Source: Minisyncoccota bacterium (GTDB lineage Bacteria; Patescibacteriota; Minisyncoccia; Phycocordibacterales; UBA9973). From it: a stretch of DNA of 64,000 bases. Below, in pieces: positions 46,125 through 55,886 of the stretch. Where the stretch lies: contig JBAYHJ010000002.1 of the NCBI GenBank assembly GCA_041666225.1, positions 23,446-87,445 on the forward strand, written 5' to 3'. The notes beneath the pieces were generated by a model. It did no database searches. It was not told where the DNA came from and was given only the letters and a program-made list of their open reading frames with translations. Numbering within the stretch: position 1 is the stretch's first letter; each line of letters starts with the position of its first letter. The position numbers and the translations under genes are program-made.

Positions 46125-47021
46125 ATGAAAATAATTTATCAATTTTTTATAGTTCTTTTTATTTTGGGGTCTCTTTATATTATGAGAGATGATCTTGGTT
46201 CTGTTGCTCAAAATATTTATTCCAAAATTAATGTGAGTAAAAATAATAGTCAATTTATTACTTTAGATAAGAAAGAAGAAAATTCAATACTAAATAAAAT
46301 AGAAACTCCAGGAGCTCTTCGTGTTACTGAAAATTACTTCAATATTAACAATGTAAAATTATCACAGAATAAAGTTATTGAGATTACTAATATCTATAGA
46401 AATAATAATAATTTATCATCTTTGAAAGAAAATCAAAAACTAAACTTATCAGCAGAAAAGAAATTACAAGATATGTTTGATAAGCAGTATTTTGAACATG
46501 TGTCTCCGTCTGGGGTTGGAGTAGGAGATTTGGGTGGTCAAGTTGGTTATGAATATATTATTATAGGAGAAAATTTGGCTATGGGTAATTTTAAAGATGA
46601 TCAAGCATTAGTTGATGCTTGGATGGCAAGTGAGGGTCATAGAGCAAATATTTTAAATAAAAATTATACAGAAATAGGAGTCGCCGTTGGTCAAGGTAAT
46701 TTTGAAGGTAAAAGTATATGGATGTCAGTTCAACACTTTGGAACTCCAAGAAATATTTGTCCGTCGGTTGATAAAATTCTTTATGGTGTAATAGATATTA
46801 ATCAAAAGAAAATAAAGGAAATGGAAGTAGAATTGATTATTCGTAAGGAATACATTGATAAAGGAATTTTATACGAGGGGAGTACTTATTCTGAGCAAGT
46901 TGAATATTATAATAATTTAGTAAATGAATATAATAATTTAATAATTGATACAAAACAAAAAATTGATAATTATAATAATCAAATTAAAACACTCAATTTT
47001 TGTTTAATTGGCAACCAATAA
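46125..47021 (+). CDS. CAP/SCP/PR1-like (YkwD-type) secreted protein
   Basis: N-terminal TM/signal helix; CAP core NYTEIGVAVGQGNFEGKSIWMSVQHFG with GHRANILN upstream. Confidence 0.65.
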   Translation: MKIIYQFFIVLFILGSLYIMRDDLGSVAQNIYSKINVSKNNSQFITLDKKEENSILNKIETPGALRVTENYFNINNVKLSQNKVIEITNIYRNNNNLSSLKENQKLNLSAEKKLQDMFDKQYFEHVSPSGVGVGDLGGQVGYEYIIIGENLAMGNFKDDQALVDAWMASEGHRANILNKNYTEIGVAVGQGNFEGKSIWMSVQHFGTPRNICPSVDKILYGVIDINQKKIKEMEVELIIRKEYIDKGILYEGSTYSEQVEYYNNLVNEYNNLIIDTKQKIDNYNNQIKTLNFCLIGNQ

Positions 47022-47164
47022 TTTTACCGATCAATGTCAATAGGGCAGTACTTTATTGTGGATTTAGACTTATATATAAAACATAGTATAGTGTCGCACA
47101 ATATATCTTTTGCGACACTGAAATAAAGAAAAAAGCTATATTATATTTAGTTTAATAATTAAAT

Positions 47165-48334
47165 CTAATTTTTATTCTTTCTATTCTCTCTTTGAATCAA
47201 GTATTTTTTATTTTTTAATTTATCAGGCATTAAATCTTTATTTGTGTACTTCTCATACCCTTTTCCATATCCTAGATCCTTCATAAGCTCTGTTGACGGA
47301 TTTCTTAGTTCTAGAGGTATTGGAAGATTCCCATATTTAGAGACGTCTCCTTGAGCCATTTTAAACGCCTCATAAGCACTTCTATCTTTTTTGGCTTGTG
47401 ATAAATAAACCACCCCATGAGATAAATTTATTCCACACTCAGGATAACCAATTGTTTCTACAGCTCTAAATACTGCATTTGCTACAACTAATGCAGTTGG
47501 TTGTGCGATTCCAATATCTTCTGAAGCAAAAATTACCATTCGACGTGCAATAAATTTAGGATCTTCACCAGCTTCAATCATCCTTGACAAATAATATAAA
47601 GCGGGGTCTGGTTGTGAGGCTCTCATACTCTTAATAAATGCACTTATAAGATTGTAGTGCTCATCACCTTTTTTATCATAACGAAGAAATTTTGACTGAA
47701 GAGTATTTTTAAAATTTTCAATACTTATTTCTTTATAAAGCGACATGGTGTTTTCAATCATTGCAATAGCTTGGCGAGCATCACCGCCTGACATTCCGAT
47801 TAGCCAATCGATTGCATCTTTTTTTATTTTACATCCAGTTCTTTTGATAATCTTTTTCATGTCATCATTTGAAAATTCTTCTAAGACAAAAACGCGACAA
47901 CGTGAAAGTAGCGCTGGAATAACTTCAAAGCTTGGATTCTCGGTTGTAGCTCCAATGAGAATCAATCTTCCACTTTCTACATATGGTAAAAGAAAATCTT
48001 GCTGGGCTTTATTAAAGCGGTGTATTTCATCAAGAAAAAGAATTTTAGGACCTAAAAGTTCTCCAGTTCCTTTAATTCCAGTATCCACGATCTGCCTTAT
48101 ATCATCTTTGCCAGCAGAAACTGCAGATAATTCATGATAATCAGCGTTTAAGGATTTAGCATATATTCTTGCCAGTGTTGTTTTTCCAACTCCCGGAGGA
48201 CCCCAAAGAATAAAAGAAAAGATGTGTTTCTGGTTAATTGCCATAAAAAGAGGCTTATTGGGGCCTACGAGGTGCTCTTGGCCTATAAATTGGGATAGAT
48301 TCTCGGGTCTGATTTTAGATGCTAATGGTTCCAT
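47165..48334 (-). CDS. rarA: replication-associated recombination protein A (RarA/MgsA AAA+ ATPase)
   Basis: [24 protein letters not shown] ... [18 protein letters not shown] (Walker A) ... [23 protein letters not shown]; 389 aa. Confidence 0.9.
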   Translation of the reverse strand: MEPLASKIRPENLSQFIGQEHLVGPNKPLFMAINQKHIFSFILWGPPGVGKTTLARIYAKSLNADYHELSAVSAGKDDIRQIVDTGIKGTGELLGPKILFLDEIHRFNKAQQDFLLPYVESGRLILIGATTENPSFEVIPALLSRCRVFVLEEFSNDDMKKIIKRTGCKIKKDAIDWLIGMSGGDARQAIAMIENTMSLYKEISIENFKNTLQSKFLRYDKKGDEHYNLISAFIKSMRASQPDPALYYLSRMIEAGEDPKFIARRMVIFASEDIGIAQPTALVVANAVFRAVETIGYPECGINLSHGVVYLSQAKKDRSAYEAFKMAQGDVSKYGNLPIPLELRNPSTELMKDLGYGKGYEKYTNKDLMPDKLKNKKYLIQRENRKNKN

Positions 48335-48341
48335 TTGTTTA

Positions 48342-49862
48342 TTATAAACTTATAGAATTTAAAATTCCATCTATGTATTCTCGTCCATTTGATACGCGTT
48401 GAACTTTAAATTGTCCACCAAGTCGGTCATTTTTTTTCATCCAATTATAGAAAGTTCCTTTTTTTACTGAGTGTACGATTGGTAATCTAAGAACGCAGTC
48501 ATTTACCCTCCTTGACGCATAATCATTATTTTCTTCTATTAATTTTTTGTCTAAAATTTTTATAAATTTATTTAAATCATCTGGCTCTTTATCAAATTCT
48601 ATTACCCACTCATGACTCCCTCTTCCCTCTTTGTCTGGCAATGTAGCGGACATTGTAAAATTTTCTACCTGAGAATTTGTTTCTTTACAAGTTTTTTCAA
48701 TTGCATTCTCTACATTATCGACTGTAATTTCTTCATCATATGTATTTAAATATTGTTTAGTTCTTCCTGTTATTTTGATTCGATATGGTGAGAGTGATGT
48801 AAACATAATAGTGTCACCAATAATGTAGCGCCATAAGCCACTATTTGTTGTGATCACTAGTACATAATTTATATTAAGTTTTATTTCAGAAATTGTGAGT
48901 GCTGTATAATCATTTTTCTCGTAATTTACTAATGGAATAAATTCATAAAATACTCCATAGTCAAAGATAAGTCGCATTTCATTTTCTTTTCTCATATCAT
49001 CTTGAATAGCAAAATATCCTTCTGAAGCATTGTAGCTTTCTATATATTTAATGTTCCTACCCTCAAATAATTCATTAAAAATTTTACGATAAGGTTTAAA
49101 TGAAATTCCACCATGCATAAATACTTCTAGGTTCGGCCAAACTTCAAAGATTGATTTTTTGCCTGATTTTTCTAATACTTTTTTTATAAAAACTATAGTC
49201 CACATTGGTACTCCAACAATAGCTGTAATATTTTGTTTAATAGCAAGTTCTGATATTTTTTCAATTTTGCTTTCCCATCCATCACGAAGCGCCAATTCTG
49301 GTCCAGGAAAACGAAATAATTGTGCCGATAATGGTAAATTTTTTGTTATAATCGCTGAAATATCTCCTGTTTCAACTTCAGGATTTTTCTCATATGGATA
49401 AAATGTTCCACAAAGAGAAAGGACTTTACCAGTAAAAATTTTGGTCTCAGGATTATTTTTTAAATAAAAAGCCACCATATCTTTTCCTCCTTTAAAATGA
49501 CATCGATAAAGAGCGTTTTTAGTGACAGGAATATATTTACTTAAAGATGTTGTGGCCGATGATTTTGCAAAAAAATGTGTTTTACCTGGCCATAGGATAT
49601 TACTTTTACCAGCAAGCATGTCTATGATATCATTCTCTAAATTAACATAATGAGATATGGGGACATTTTTTTGAAAATCTTTTATTGACCGTATCTTTAA
49701 AAATTTGTGTTGTTTTCCAAAGCGAGTATTTTGGGCATTAAGAATAAGCCAGAAAAGTATAGATTTTTGGACCAAATTTGCCCTTTGGTCGTTACTGTCT
49801 AGCTGTTTTGTTCGTAGAATTATAAACTCACGAAATATATATGACAGGGTATCTCTAAACAT
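48342..49862 (-). CDS. GH3-family acyl-acid amido synthetase-like adenylating enzyme
   Basis: 506 aa. Motifs recalled from plant/bacterial GH3 (JAR1-like) proteins are present: SSATTSLSKYIPVT (first adenylation box), YIESYNASEGYFAIQ, YRIKITGRTKQ. Confidence 0.6.
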   Translation of the reverse strand: MFRDTLSYIFREFIILRTKQLDSNDQRANLVQKSILFWLILNAQNTRFGKQHKFLKIRSIKDFQKNVPISHYVNLENDIIDMLAGKSNILWPGKTHFFAKSSATTSLSKYIPVTKNALYRCHFKGGKDMVAFYLKNNPETKIFTGKVLSLCGTFYPYEKNPEVETGDISAIITKNLPLSAQLFRFPGPELALRDGWESKIEKISELAIKQNITAIVGVPMWTIVFIKKVLEKSGKKSIFEVWPNLEVFMHGGISFKPYRKIFNELFEGRNIKYIESYNASEGYFAIQDDMRKENEMRLIFDYGVFYEFIPLVNYEKNDYTALTISEIKLNINYVLVITTNSGLWRYIIGDTIMFTSLSPYRIKITGRTKQYLNTYDEEITVDNVENAIEKTCKETNSQVENFTMSATLPDKEGRGSHEWVIEFDKEPDDLNKFIKILDKKLIEENNDYASRRVNDCVLRLPIVHSVKKGTFYNWMKKNDRLGGQFKVQRVSNGREYIDGILNSISL

Positions 49863-49895
49863 AGTTATAATTATATTATATTAAAATAATATTTT

Positions 49896-49938
49896 AAACA
49901 AATAAATCCCTCCATTGGATGGAGGGATTTATTTGTTT
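49896..49938. terminator. perfect 19-bp palindromic terminator
   Basis: AAACAAATAAATCCCTCCA-ttgg-ATGGAGGGATTTATTTGTTT. Confidence 0.6.
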
Positions 49939-49942
49939 AAAA

Positions 49943-50197
49943 CTAAAGATTTTGCAATTCTTTATCCACAGTTTTTAATTCATCATTCCCCGTTGTGTCA
50001 TTAACTTCTATACTATTTAAATTTTCATTTATAGATACAGTTGTATCTGACTCAACAGCTTTATTAAGTTCTATCTCTGATTGAGTTAGTGGGACTACTT
50101 CGTTTTTTTGATTTCTACTTTTTAAAGCCACTATTGCAACTATTGCAAGGATTATAATCACAACCACTGCAATTATTGTATTATTTTTTGAATTCAT
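49943..50197 (-). CDS. hypothetical small membrane-anchored protein (84 aa)
   Basis: N-terminal TM helix IIAVVVIIILAIVAIVAL; ends immediately before the palindromic terminator. Confidence 0.45.
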   Translation of the reverse strand: MNSKNNTIIAVVVIIILAIVAIVALKSRNQKNEVVPLTQSEIELNKAVESDTTVSINENLNSIEVNDTTGNDELKTVDKELQNL

Positions 50198-50253
50198 ATA
50201 TTTAATATAGTAGGATTACCTACTTTTATAAATTATTATTATATAATTTATAA

Positions 50254-51327
50254 TTAGTTATTAACTGTAGTATTTACGGTTGTACTACTTTCGACTTTTA
50301 TAGTTTTATCTTCTGTTTTAGTTTCGTTTTCAACTTCAACACTACTTTCTACTTCATCAACCTTGGGAATTTGTATTAATACGGTTGTTGCTTCTTTTAC
50401 GGCAATGTGAGCTTTTTTAACTTGTTCGCGTAAAGCTTTTATATCTTTTGTGAAAGAGTCACGAAGATTTTTCATTGCAATCTTAAGAGTTACTTCATCT
50501 GTAATAGTTCCTATCTCGTAAGTCTTTTTGGATTGTATGTCTATTGCTTCTCTTGTGGATGCTATAACTGTCTTAGCGGCTTCTATTTTTAGTTTAATAG
50601 CAGTTACATCTAAACCTTTAGCTTCTGCTTTTGTTGTTCGAGATTCTATACTAACAAGGACATTTTCAATTTGATCTGTTTTAACAGAAAGACTTTCTGT
50701 TATTTTTAAATTTAATCCCAATATAATATCAACAATTTTTTCTGCTGAGATTTTTTTATTCTCATCTTTTATTTTATTAAGATTTTCTTTAAAAGTAACT
50801 TTTGTTTCTTCTATTTTTTGTTTAGCTTGTTCTCTGTTTAATTCAATTTTAGCTTTAAATTCTTCGCGTTTAATTTTTACTAATTCAACCATTTGTTCAA
50901 GTTGGTTTTTATATACCTCTTTTTCATTTTCTAATTCATCTTTTAGAGTTTTGACTTCACCCTTGAATTCATCACGTTTAATCTTAATATCTTCTCTATT
51001 ACCTTTTAAATCACCTCTTATTTCTTTAAATTTATTTTTAATTTCTTCACCCTTTGAATCATCATCATCATCTTCTTTTAAATCTGAATCATCTTTCTCG
51101 TCATCAGGACAGACAAATTCACAATCAGGACCTGTTCTTCCAACTGAGGTACCATCTGAGCACAATTTTGCATCCATTGTGCAAGCAACAACTGACGCAT
51201 CTTCTTCTATTTCTATGCCATCTTTAGCATAAGCAACAAAACCAAACATTAATGATAAAACTAAAACAATTGATGACACGCTAATTTTTATTTTTTTACT
51301 CATTTTTTGAAGATAGACCATAGCCAT
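50254..51327 (-). CDS. hypothetical secreted coiled-coil protein with a Cys-rich N-terminal segment and an acidic linker
   Basis: Signal-like start (MSKKIKISVSSIVLVLSLMFGFVAYA, probably at 51303), a four-Cys segment, a DDDDD run, then long K/E heptad-rich sequence. Confidence 0.55.
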   Translation of the reverse strand: MAMVYLQKMSKKIKISVSSIVLVLSLMFGFVAYAKDGIEIEEDASVVACTMDAKLCSDGTSVGRTGPDCEFVCPDDEKDDSDLKEDDDDDSKGEEIKNKFKEIRGDLKGNREDIKIKRDEFKGEVKTLKDELENEKEVYKNQLEQMVELVKIKREEFKAKIELNREQAKQKIEETKVTFKENLNKIKDENKKISAEKIVDIILGLNLKITESLSVKTDQIENVLVSIESRTTKAEAKGLDVTAIKLKIEAAKTVIASTREAIDIQSKKTYEIGTITDEVTLKIAMKNLRDSFTKDIKALREQVKKAHIAVKEATTVLIQIPKVDEVESSVEVENETKTEDKTIKVESSTTVNTTVNN

Positions 51328-51489
51328 TTTTTAAATAAGCTAAATCTACATAAATTAATTTATAAAACAAACATTACACTTAAACTGCTCATTATTAACT
51401 TTTAATGAGACTCATTAATTATAATATTATTATAATTTTCATGCAAACAAGAAAAACCTGTAATTTATGGTTATTTATTAAGGTGTTTT

Positions 51490-52461
51490 TTATTTTATAA
51501 CATTGTTAATAACTTTTCCTGTTTCAAGGGCAGAAATTATATTTCGGGCGACAAGCTCAGCCATCATATCACGTGCTGATTGACGAGCTGACGCAATATG
51601 AGGAGTTAAAATAATATCTGGCAATTTAGTAAGACCTTTTGTTAATTTAGGTTCAAATTCAAAAACATCGAGTGCTGCACCACGAATAATATTATTTTTT
51701 AGGGCGTACACCAATGCTTTTTCATCGATAACTGGACCTCTTGAAGTATTTACAAGAAAAGCAGTTTTCCTCATACTTTCTAATGATTTTTTATTTATTA
51801 AATGATGTGTGCTAGGTAAAAGTGGTACATGAAGAGAAACAATATCAGCTTCACAAAGAACTTCCTCTGTCGTTTTTCTTATTGTTTCATTAATATTATC
51901 TAATTCAACAGATTCTTTAATATCGCTATAAATAATTTTTGATCCAAAACCATAGTGAAGAATTTTGGCTACTTCTGTCCCTATTTGGCCAGCTCCAATT
52001 AAGCCGATTACCTTCCCTTTCATGTCAGTTCCAACAAATAAATCTGGATCCCAACCTTTATATTTACCACGACGAATAAATTCATCTCCTTCAACTAATC
52101 GAGTAGTTAAAGCAAGCATGAGGGCTACTGTATGTTCTGCTACAGCTGTCGCTGAGGTTCCTGGAGTATTTGAAATACAGATATTTCTTTTTTGAGCTTC
52201 TTCTAAATCAATATTATTATAACCAACAGAAAAGTTTGCACAGACTTTTGATGTTGGACAAGAATCAAAAATTTCTTTATCTATTGGGTCTGTTAGAAAA
52301 GAAATAACACCATCGTAAGGTTTCTTTTTTAATTCTTTCATCAATTCTTTTTTTGTTGGTGGCTTTTTAAATTTACCAATGTCAAAAGTTATTCCTTTCT
52401 CTCTTAATAATCTAAGCCCAGCTTCTGGAATTTTTCTTGTAATGTAAATATGTTTAGTCAT
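51490..52461 (-). CDS. D-isomer-specific 2-hydroxyacid dehydrogenase (GyaR/HprA/SerA-like)
   Basis: NAD-binding GLIGAGQIGTEVAKIL and the catalytic R/E/H context (TSRGPVIDEKAL ... TPHIAS). Confidence 0.8.
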   Translation of the reverse strand: MTKHIYITRKIPEAGLRLLREKGITFDIGKFKKPPTKKELMKELKKKPYDGVISFLTDPIDKEIFDSCPTSKVCANFSVGYNNIDLEEAQKRNICISNTPGTSATAVAEHTVALMLALTTRLVEGDEFIRRGKYKGWDPDLFVGTDMKGKVIGLIGAGQIGTEVAKILHYGFGSKIIYSDIKESVELDNINETIRKTTEEVLCEADIVSLHVPLLPSTHHLINKKSLESMRKTAFLVNTSRGPVIDEKALVYALKNNIIRGAALDVFEFEPKLTKGLTKLPDIILTPHIASARQSARDMMAELVARNIISALETGKVINNVIK

Positions 52462-52470
52462 ATATTATAT

Positions 52471-53265
52471 TTAACCAATTTTAGTTGTATTAATATGTTG
52501 CTCAGCGACCAAAGAAATTTTTTCCATCATCGAAATTGCTTCTACTGGATATTTTCCTTTTGCCGATTCTTCTGAAAGCATAACTCCATCGGCGCCATCT
52601 AGTATTGCATATGCAACATCCGATACTTCTGCTCGAGTAGGAATTGGATTATCAACCATTGAGAGTAACATTTGAGTAGCAACAATAACCATTTTACCAG
52701 CTTTTTTGCATTCTTCTATTATATAGTGTTGAACAAAAGGAATTTTTTCAAGTGGGAATTCATTGCCCAAGTCGCCACGTGCAACCATTATTGCATCAGT
52801 TTCTTTTATAATTTCATCAAGGTTTTCTACTGCTAATTGACGTTCAATTTTTGCAATTACTTTTTGATTACCCCCTTTTTCTTTTATAAGTTTTTTTAAT
52901 TGGATAATATCTGAAGCTTTTCCAACAAAAGACAATGCGATATAATCAACATTTTGTTTAATTCCAAAATCTAAATTCTCAATATCTTTTTCTGTTATTA
53001 CGTCTTGTTCTTCTTCTCCGCCATAATGATGCCCATCATCATCTTGGACTCGTGGCCCAGATAAATCTTGGATTATCTCTATATTTTTATTTTGCTCTTT
53101 AGCAGAATCTCTTATATTTTTAATAACTTCTGTAAACCATTCATAATTGCCCCAAGAGAAATTTAAACGAGCAATATCCATATGGTGTTCTATCATTTTT
53201 GAAATAATTTCTTTACCCTCACTTGCTGGTCCTATCGTTGCGATAATTTTTGTTTCAGATTCCAT
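52471..53265 (-). CDS. pyk: pyruvate kinase, barrel domain only (264 aa; C-terminal regulatory domain absent)
   Basis: [11 protein letters not shown], the [11 protein letters not shown] region, ARGDLG and [12 protein letters not shown] are all PK signatures. Confidence 0.75.
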   Translation of the reverse strand: MESETKIIATIGPASEGKEIISKMIEHHMDIARLNFSWGNYEWFTEVIKNIRDSAKEQNKNIEIIQDLSGPRVQDDDGHHYGGEEEQDVITEKDIENLDFGIKQNVDYIALSFVGKASDIIQLKKLIKEKGGNQKVIAKIERQLAVENLDEIIKETDAIMVARGDLGNEFPLEKIPFVQHYIIEECKKAGKMVIVATQMLLSMVDNPIPTRAEVSDVAYAILDGADGVMLSEESAKGKYPVEAISMMEKISLVAEQHINTTKIG

Positions 53266-53295
53266 ACAATTAATTTTCTTTGGCTCGCCGAAGTT

Positions 53296-54525
53296 TTAAC
53301 TTAGGTGGCTTGTTATTTTAATAATTCTTTCATACTTAACATCTCTTTCTTTTGGGCCAAGTGCTCCAGCTTTAATTCCAAAACATCCATATGCACAGAC
53401 CAAATCAGCAATAAAGTCATCCATAGTTTCTCCACTTCTGTGACTTACAACACAATCAATGTTATTATCTCGCGCCATTTTCATTGTAGAAAGAGTTTCT
53501 GTAAGTGTCCCAATTTGGTTTGGTTTTATGAGTATACATTTAATACTTTTCTTATCAATTGCTATTTGTAATCTTTCAATATTTGTGACAGTTAAATCAT
53601 CTCCGATTACTTTAATATCCCCAATTTTTTCTTGTAGTTTAGTAAAGCCATCGAAATCTTCTTCGTCCAGCGGGTCTTCTATTGAAAGCATTGGGAATTC
53701 ATTACAGATTTTTTCATATAGCTCTATCATTTCATCTGTTGACCAAGTCTTATTCATAAATTTATAAATTCCTAAATCATGATCATAAAATGAACTAGCG
53801 GCAACATCGAGAGCAAATTTTATTTTATCAAAATAACCCAATTCTTCCACTGCTTTTTTCATTAAATTAAGTGGTGTCATAATATCATCTACATCAAGAG
53901 CAACCCCACCTTCATCACCTTTTATAACAGCCCCAAATTCACTTTCTAACATCTCATCTAATCTTTTTTGAATGTTGCGACTTATTTCTACACTTTCAAC
54001 AGATGTTTCAACTTGAGGAACAATATGAAATTCTTGAAAAGCTAAACGTGTAGCAGCGTGTTTCCCTCCATTGATTAAATTAAAATATAAAAATGGTTGA
54101 TTTCTAGATGGTTTTATTTCTGCTAATGTTCTTAAATATTCATAAACTTCCATATTTAATACCTTAGCTGCAGTTTTAGCACAAGCAATACTGACCCCAA
54201 TTAAACTATTACCTCCAAGATTTGTCTTTTGATGAGTTCCATCTAGTTTAATCATTATCTCATCAATTTGTTTTTGCTTATCGACTTCGATTCCAATTAA
54301 GGCATTTTTGATTTCAGTATTAATTTTATTAACTGCGTTTAAAACTCCGCTTTTTCCACCTAAAGCATCACGAAGTTCGCAGGCCTCATATTTTCCAGTA
54401 CTTGCTCCTGATGGAACGTCAAAACTTCCTACTATATCACCAACATAAACAGAAACCCTGAGAGTCGGATTTTTACGTGAATCTAATATTTGCTCGGCTT
54501 GTATGTTTGTGATCTTTTTATCCAT
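53296..54525 (-). CDS. eno: enolase
   Basis: ITNIQAEQILDSRKNPTLRVSV ... SGASTGKYEA, with metal/substrate ligands in the ILIKPNQIGTLTET and SHRSGET motifs. Confidence 0.95.
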   Translation of the reverse strand: MDKKITNIQAEQILDSRKNPTLRVSVYVGDIVGSFDVPSGASTGKYEACELRDALGGKSGVLNAVNKINTEIKNALIGIEVDKQKQIDEIMIKLDGTHQKTNLGGNSLIGVSIACAKTAAKVLNMEVYEYLRTLAEIKPSRNQPFLYFNLINGGKHAATRLAFQEFHIVPQVETSVESVEISRNIQKRLDEMLESEFGAVIKGDEGGVALDVDDIMTPLNLMKKAVEELGYFDKIKFALDVAASSFYDHDLGIYKFMNKTWSTDEMIELYEKICNEFPMLSIEDPLDEEDFDGFTKLQEKIGDIKVIGDDLTVTNIERLQIAIDKKSIKCILIKPNQIGTLTETLSTMKMARDNNIDCVVSHRSGETMDDFIADLVCAYGCFGIKAGALGPKERDVKYERIIKITSHLS

Positions 54526-54593
54526 GTATTTATATTCTAATGATAATTATGCTTGTATTATATAATAAATATAGTTATTTTCCAATAATTAAA

Positions 54594-54623
54594 AATACCT
54601 CACACAAATGAGGTATTTTTAAT
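54594..54623. terminator. intrinsic terminator, minus-strand sense, for the 22-aa ORF
   Basis: AAAAATACCTCA-CACAAA-TGAGGTATTTTT. Confidence 0.55.
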
Positions 54624-54627
54624 AGAT

Positions 54628-54696
54628 TTATTTCTTGGGTGCTTTAACTTTCTTTGGTTTTTTTACTTCTTTTCTGTGCCCATCTCCTTTTGCCAT
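54628..54696 (-). CDS. putative 22-aa ultra-basic peptide (MAKGDGHRKEVKKPKKVKAPKK); possibly a bTHX-like small ribosomal protein
   Basis: ATG..TAA ORF immediately followed by a dedicated terminator hairpin. MAKGD-basic resembles the MGKGD start of Thx that I recall. Below the ORF-track cutoff. Confidence 0.3.
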   Translation of the reverse strand: MAKGDGHRKEVKKPKKVKAPKK

Positions 54697-54873
54697 ATAG
54701 TTTTTAACGCGAAACAAATTATTTTATAAAAAAATGTCTTCCTTTTCCCTCATACAGTTTTTTTAGAATATAATTTGTGAAGCTTCTTATTAATAATATT
54801 TTATATTATAACATAATTAAAATATTTTTAAAAATATTTGCCTATATTATTATCTCTTTGATATAATAGATGG

Positions 54874-55038
54874 ATGGATGATGAAAATGAAAAAATTGAA
54901 GAAACATCAAAAGATCCCGTTTGCCCTCGTTGTGGACTACGTTCTTATGATAGCGTCTGCCAAGCTTGCGGTACCCCAATCGTTGATAAAAAAGACGATG
55001 AAGAGGAAGACTATGATTGGCGAGAAAAACACCGATAA
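54874..55038 (+). CDS. 54-aa zinc-ribbon protein (double CxxC)
   Basis: MDDENEKIEETSKDPVCPRCGLRSYDSVCQACGTPIVDKKDDEEEDYDWREKHR. TATAAT at 54862-54867 lies 6 nt before the ATG (leaderless-like). A terminator hairpin overlaps the stop. The two track ORFs in this interval are alternative frames of the same DNA. Confidence 0.5.
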   Translation: MDDENEKIEETSKDPVCPRCGLRSYDSVCQACGTPIVDKKDDEEEDYDWREKHR

Positions 55039-55057
55039 AAGTTTTGTCGGTGTTTTT
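55027..55057. terminator. bidirectional terminator between the zinc-ribbon gene (+) and the 55062..55853 gene (-)
   Basis: ACACCGA-TAAAAGTTTTG-TCGGTGTTTTT. Confidence 0.6.
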
Positions 55058-55061
55058 AAAT

Positions 55062-55853
55062 TTATTTAACCACTTCAAATTTTGTGACTTTAACACTTTG
55101 CGGATTTTTGGTGTATGTATAAATTATGTTAGCTTTACTTTGAATATGTCCGTCTTCATATGTGGCTTCTGCTGTATGAGTAGCAGGATTTACTGATACA
55201 GATATTACATACCACTCACCTCCTAGTACTGGCTTGTTTATGGCGAGAGTTTTTATATTGTCGCGGATATATTTTTCTGTAAATAATTTTTCATCAAGTG
55301 TATCACAATCCATTTGGCTCATTGCTTTAATATAATAAAGATTTGTTTTGTCTTTATAAACGTAAACTCCATCCCCTCTATCTACCATTTCTCCAAAACC
55401 AACTGTGGCACTACCATCTCCAAATTGAATCGCAAGTTCTTCTTTTACTTCCATTCCTTCAGCCCTTGAATCCCACCAAACACTTGCCTTCCTTGCCATA
55501 ATTTTTTGATCAAGTGGTCCAACTGTTCCCTCAAATTTTCCAACTTTTGAATCGGATTCAGCTGGGAGGTTTTGGAATTCTCCTGTTACTTTATCATTTA
55601 CACTTCCGTTAGTATTTATTTTAAGCCAAGCTACCTCATAGAAACCACTTGTCATTTTTTCTCCCCTATAGTAACAAAGACTGATTGGTTTTTGATCTTC
55701 TTCTTTTGGTTTATCGATTGTATCTATTTGTTCATCTGGAATTAGAACCACAGGAGTTTCTTTTTTATAATAAATACTAAAAACTACTCCACCAACGATT
55801 AGTATAATAAGCGCTATTAAAATTATTTGTTTGATTTTATATTTATTTTCCAT
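55062..55853 (-). CDS. hypothetical membrane-anchored extracytoplasmic protein (263 aa)
   Basis: N-terminal TM helix followed by a beta-rich soluble domain; last gene of the lexA-helicase transcription unit. Confidence 0.55.
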   Translation of the reverse strand: MENKYKIKQIILIALIILIVGGVVFSIYYKKETPVVLIPDEQIDTIDKPKEEDQKPISLCYYRGEKMTSGFYEVAWLKINTNGSVNDKVTGEFQNLPAESDSKVGKFEGTVGPLDQKIMARKASVWWDSRAEGMEVKEELAIQFGDGSATVGFGEMVDRGDGVYVYKDKTNLYYIKAMSQMDCDTLDEKLFTEKYIRDNIKTLAINKPVLGGEWYVISVSVNPATHTAEATYEDGHIQSKANIIYTYTKNPQSVKVTKFEVVK

Positions 55854-55886
55854 AGTTTAATTATAGCACTTTATGAAAGACGCTAC

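Noticed and set aside
54842-55096. 84-aa minus ORF and 63-aa plus ORF from the track
   Set aside because: A third frame on the plus strand gives a 54-aa double-CxxC zinc ribbon with its own -10 box and an overlapping terminator, which explains the region better.
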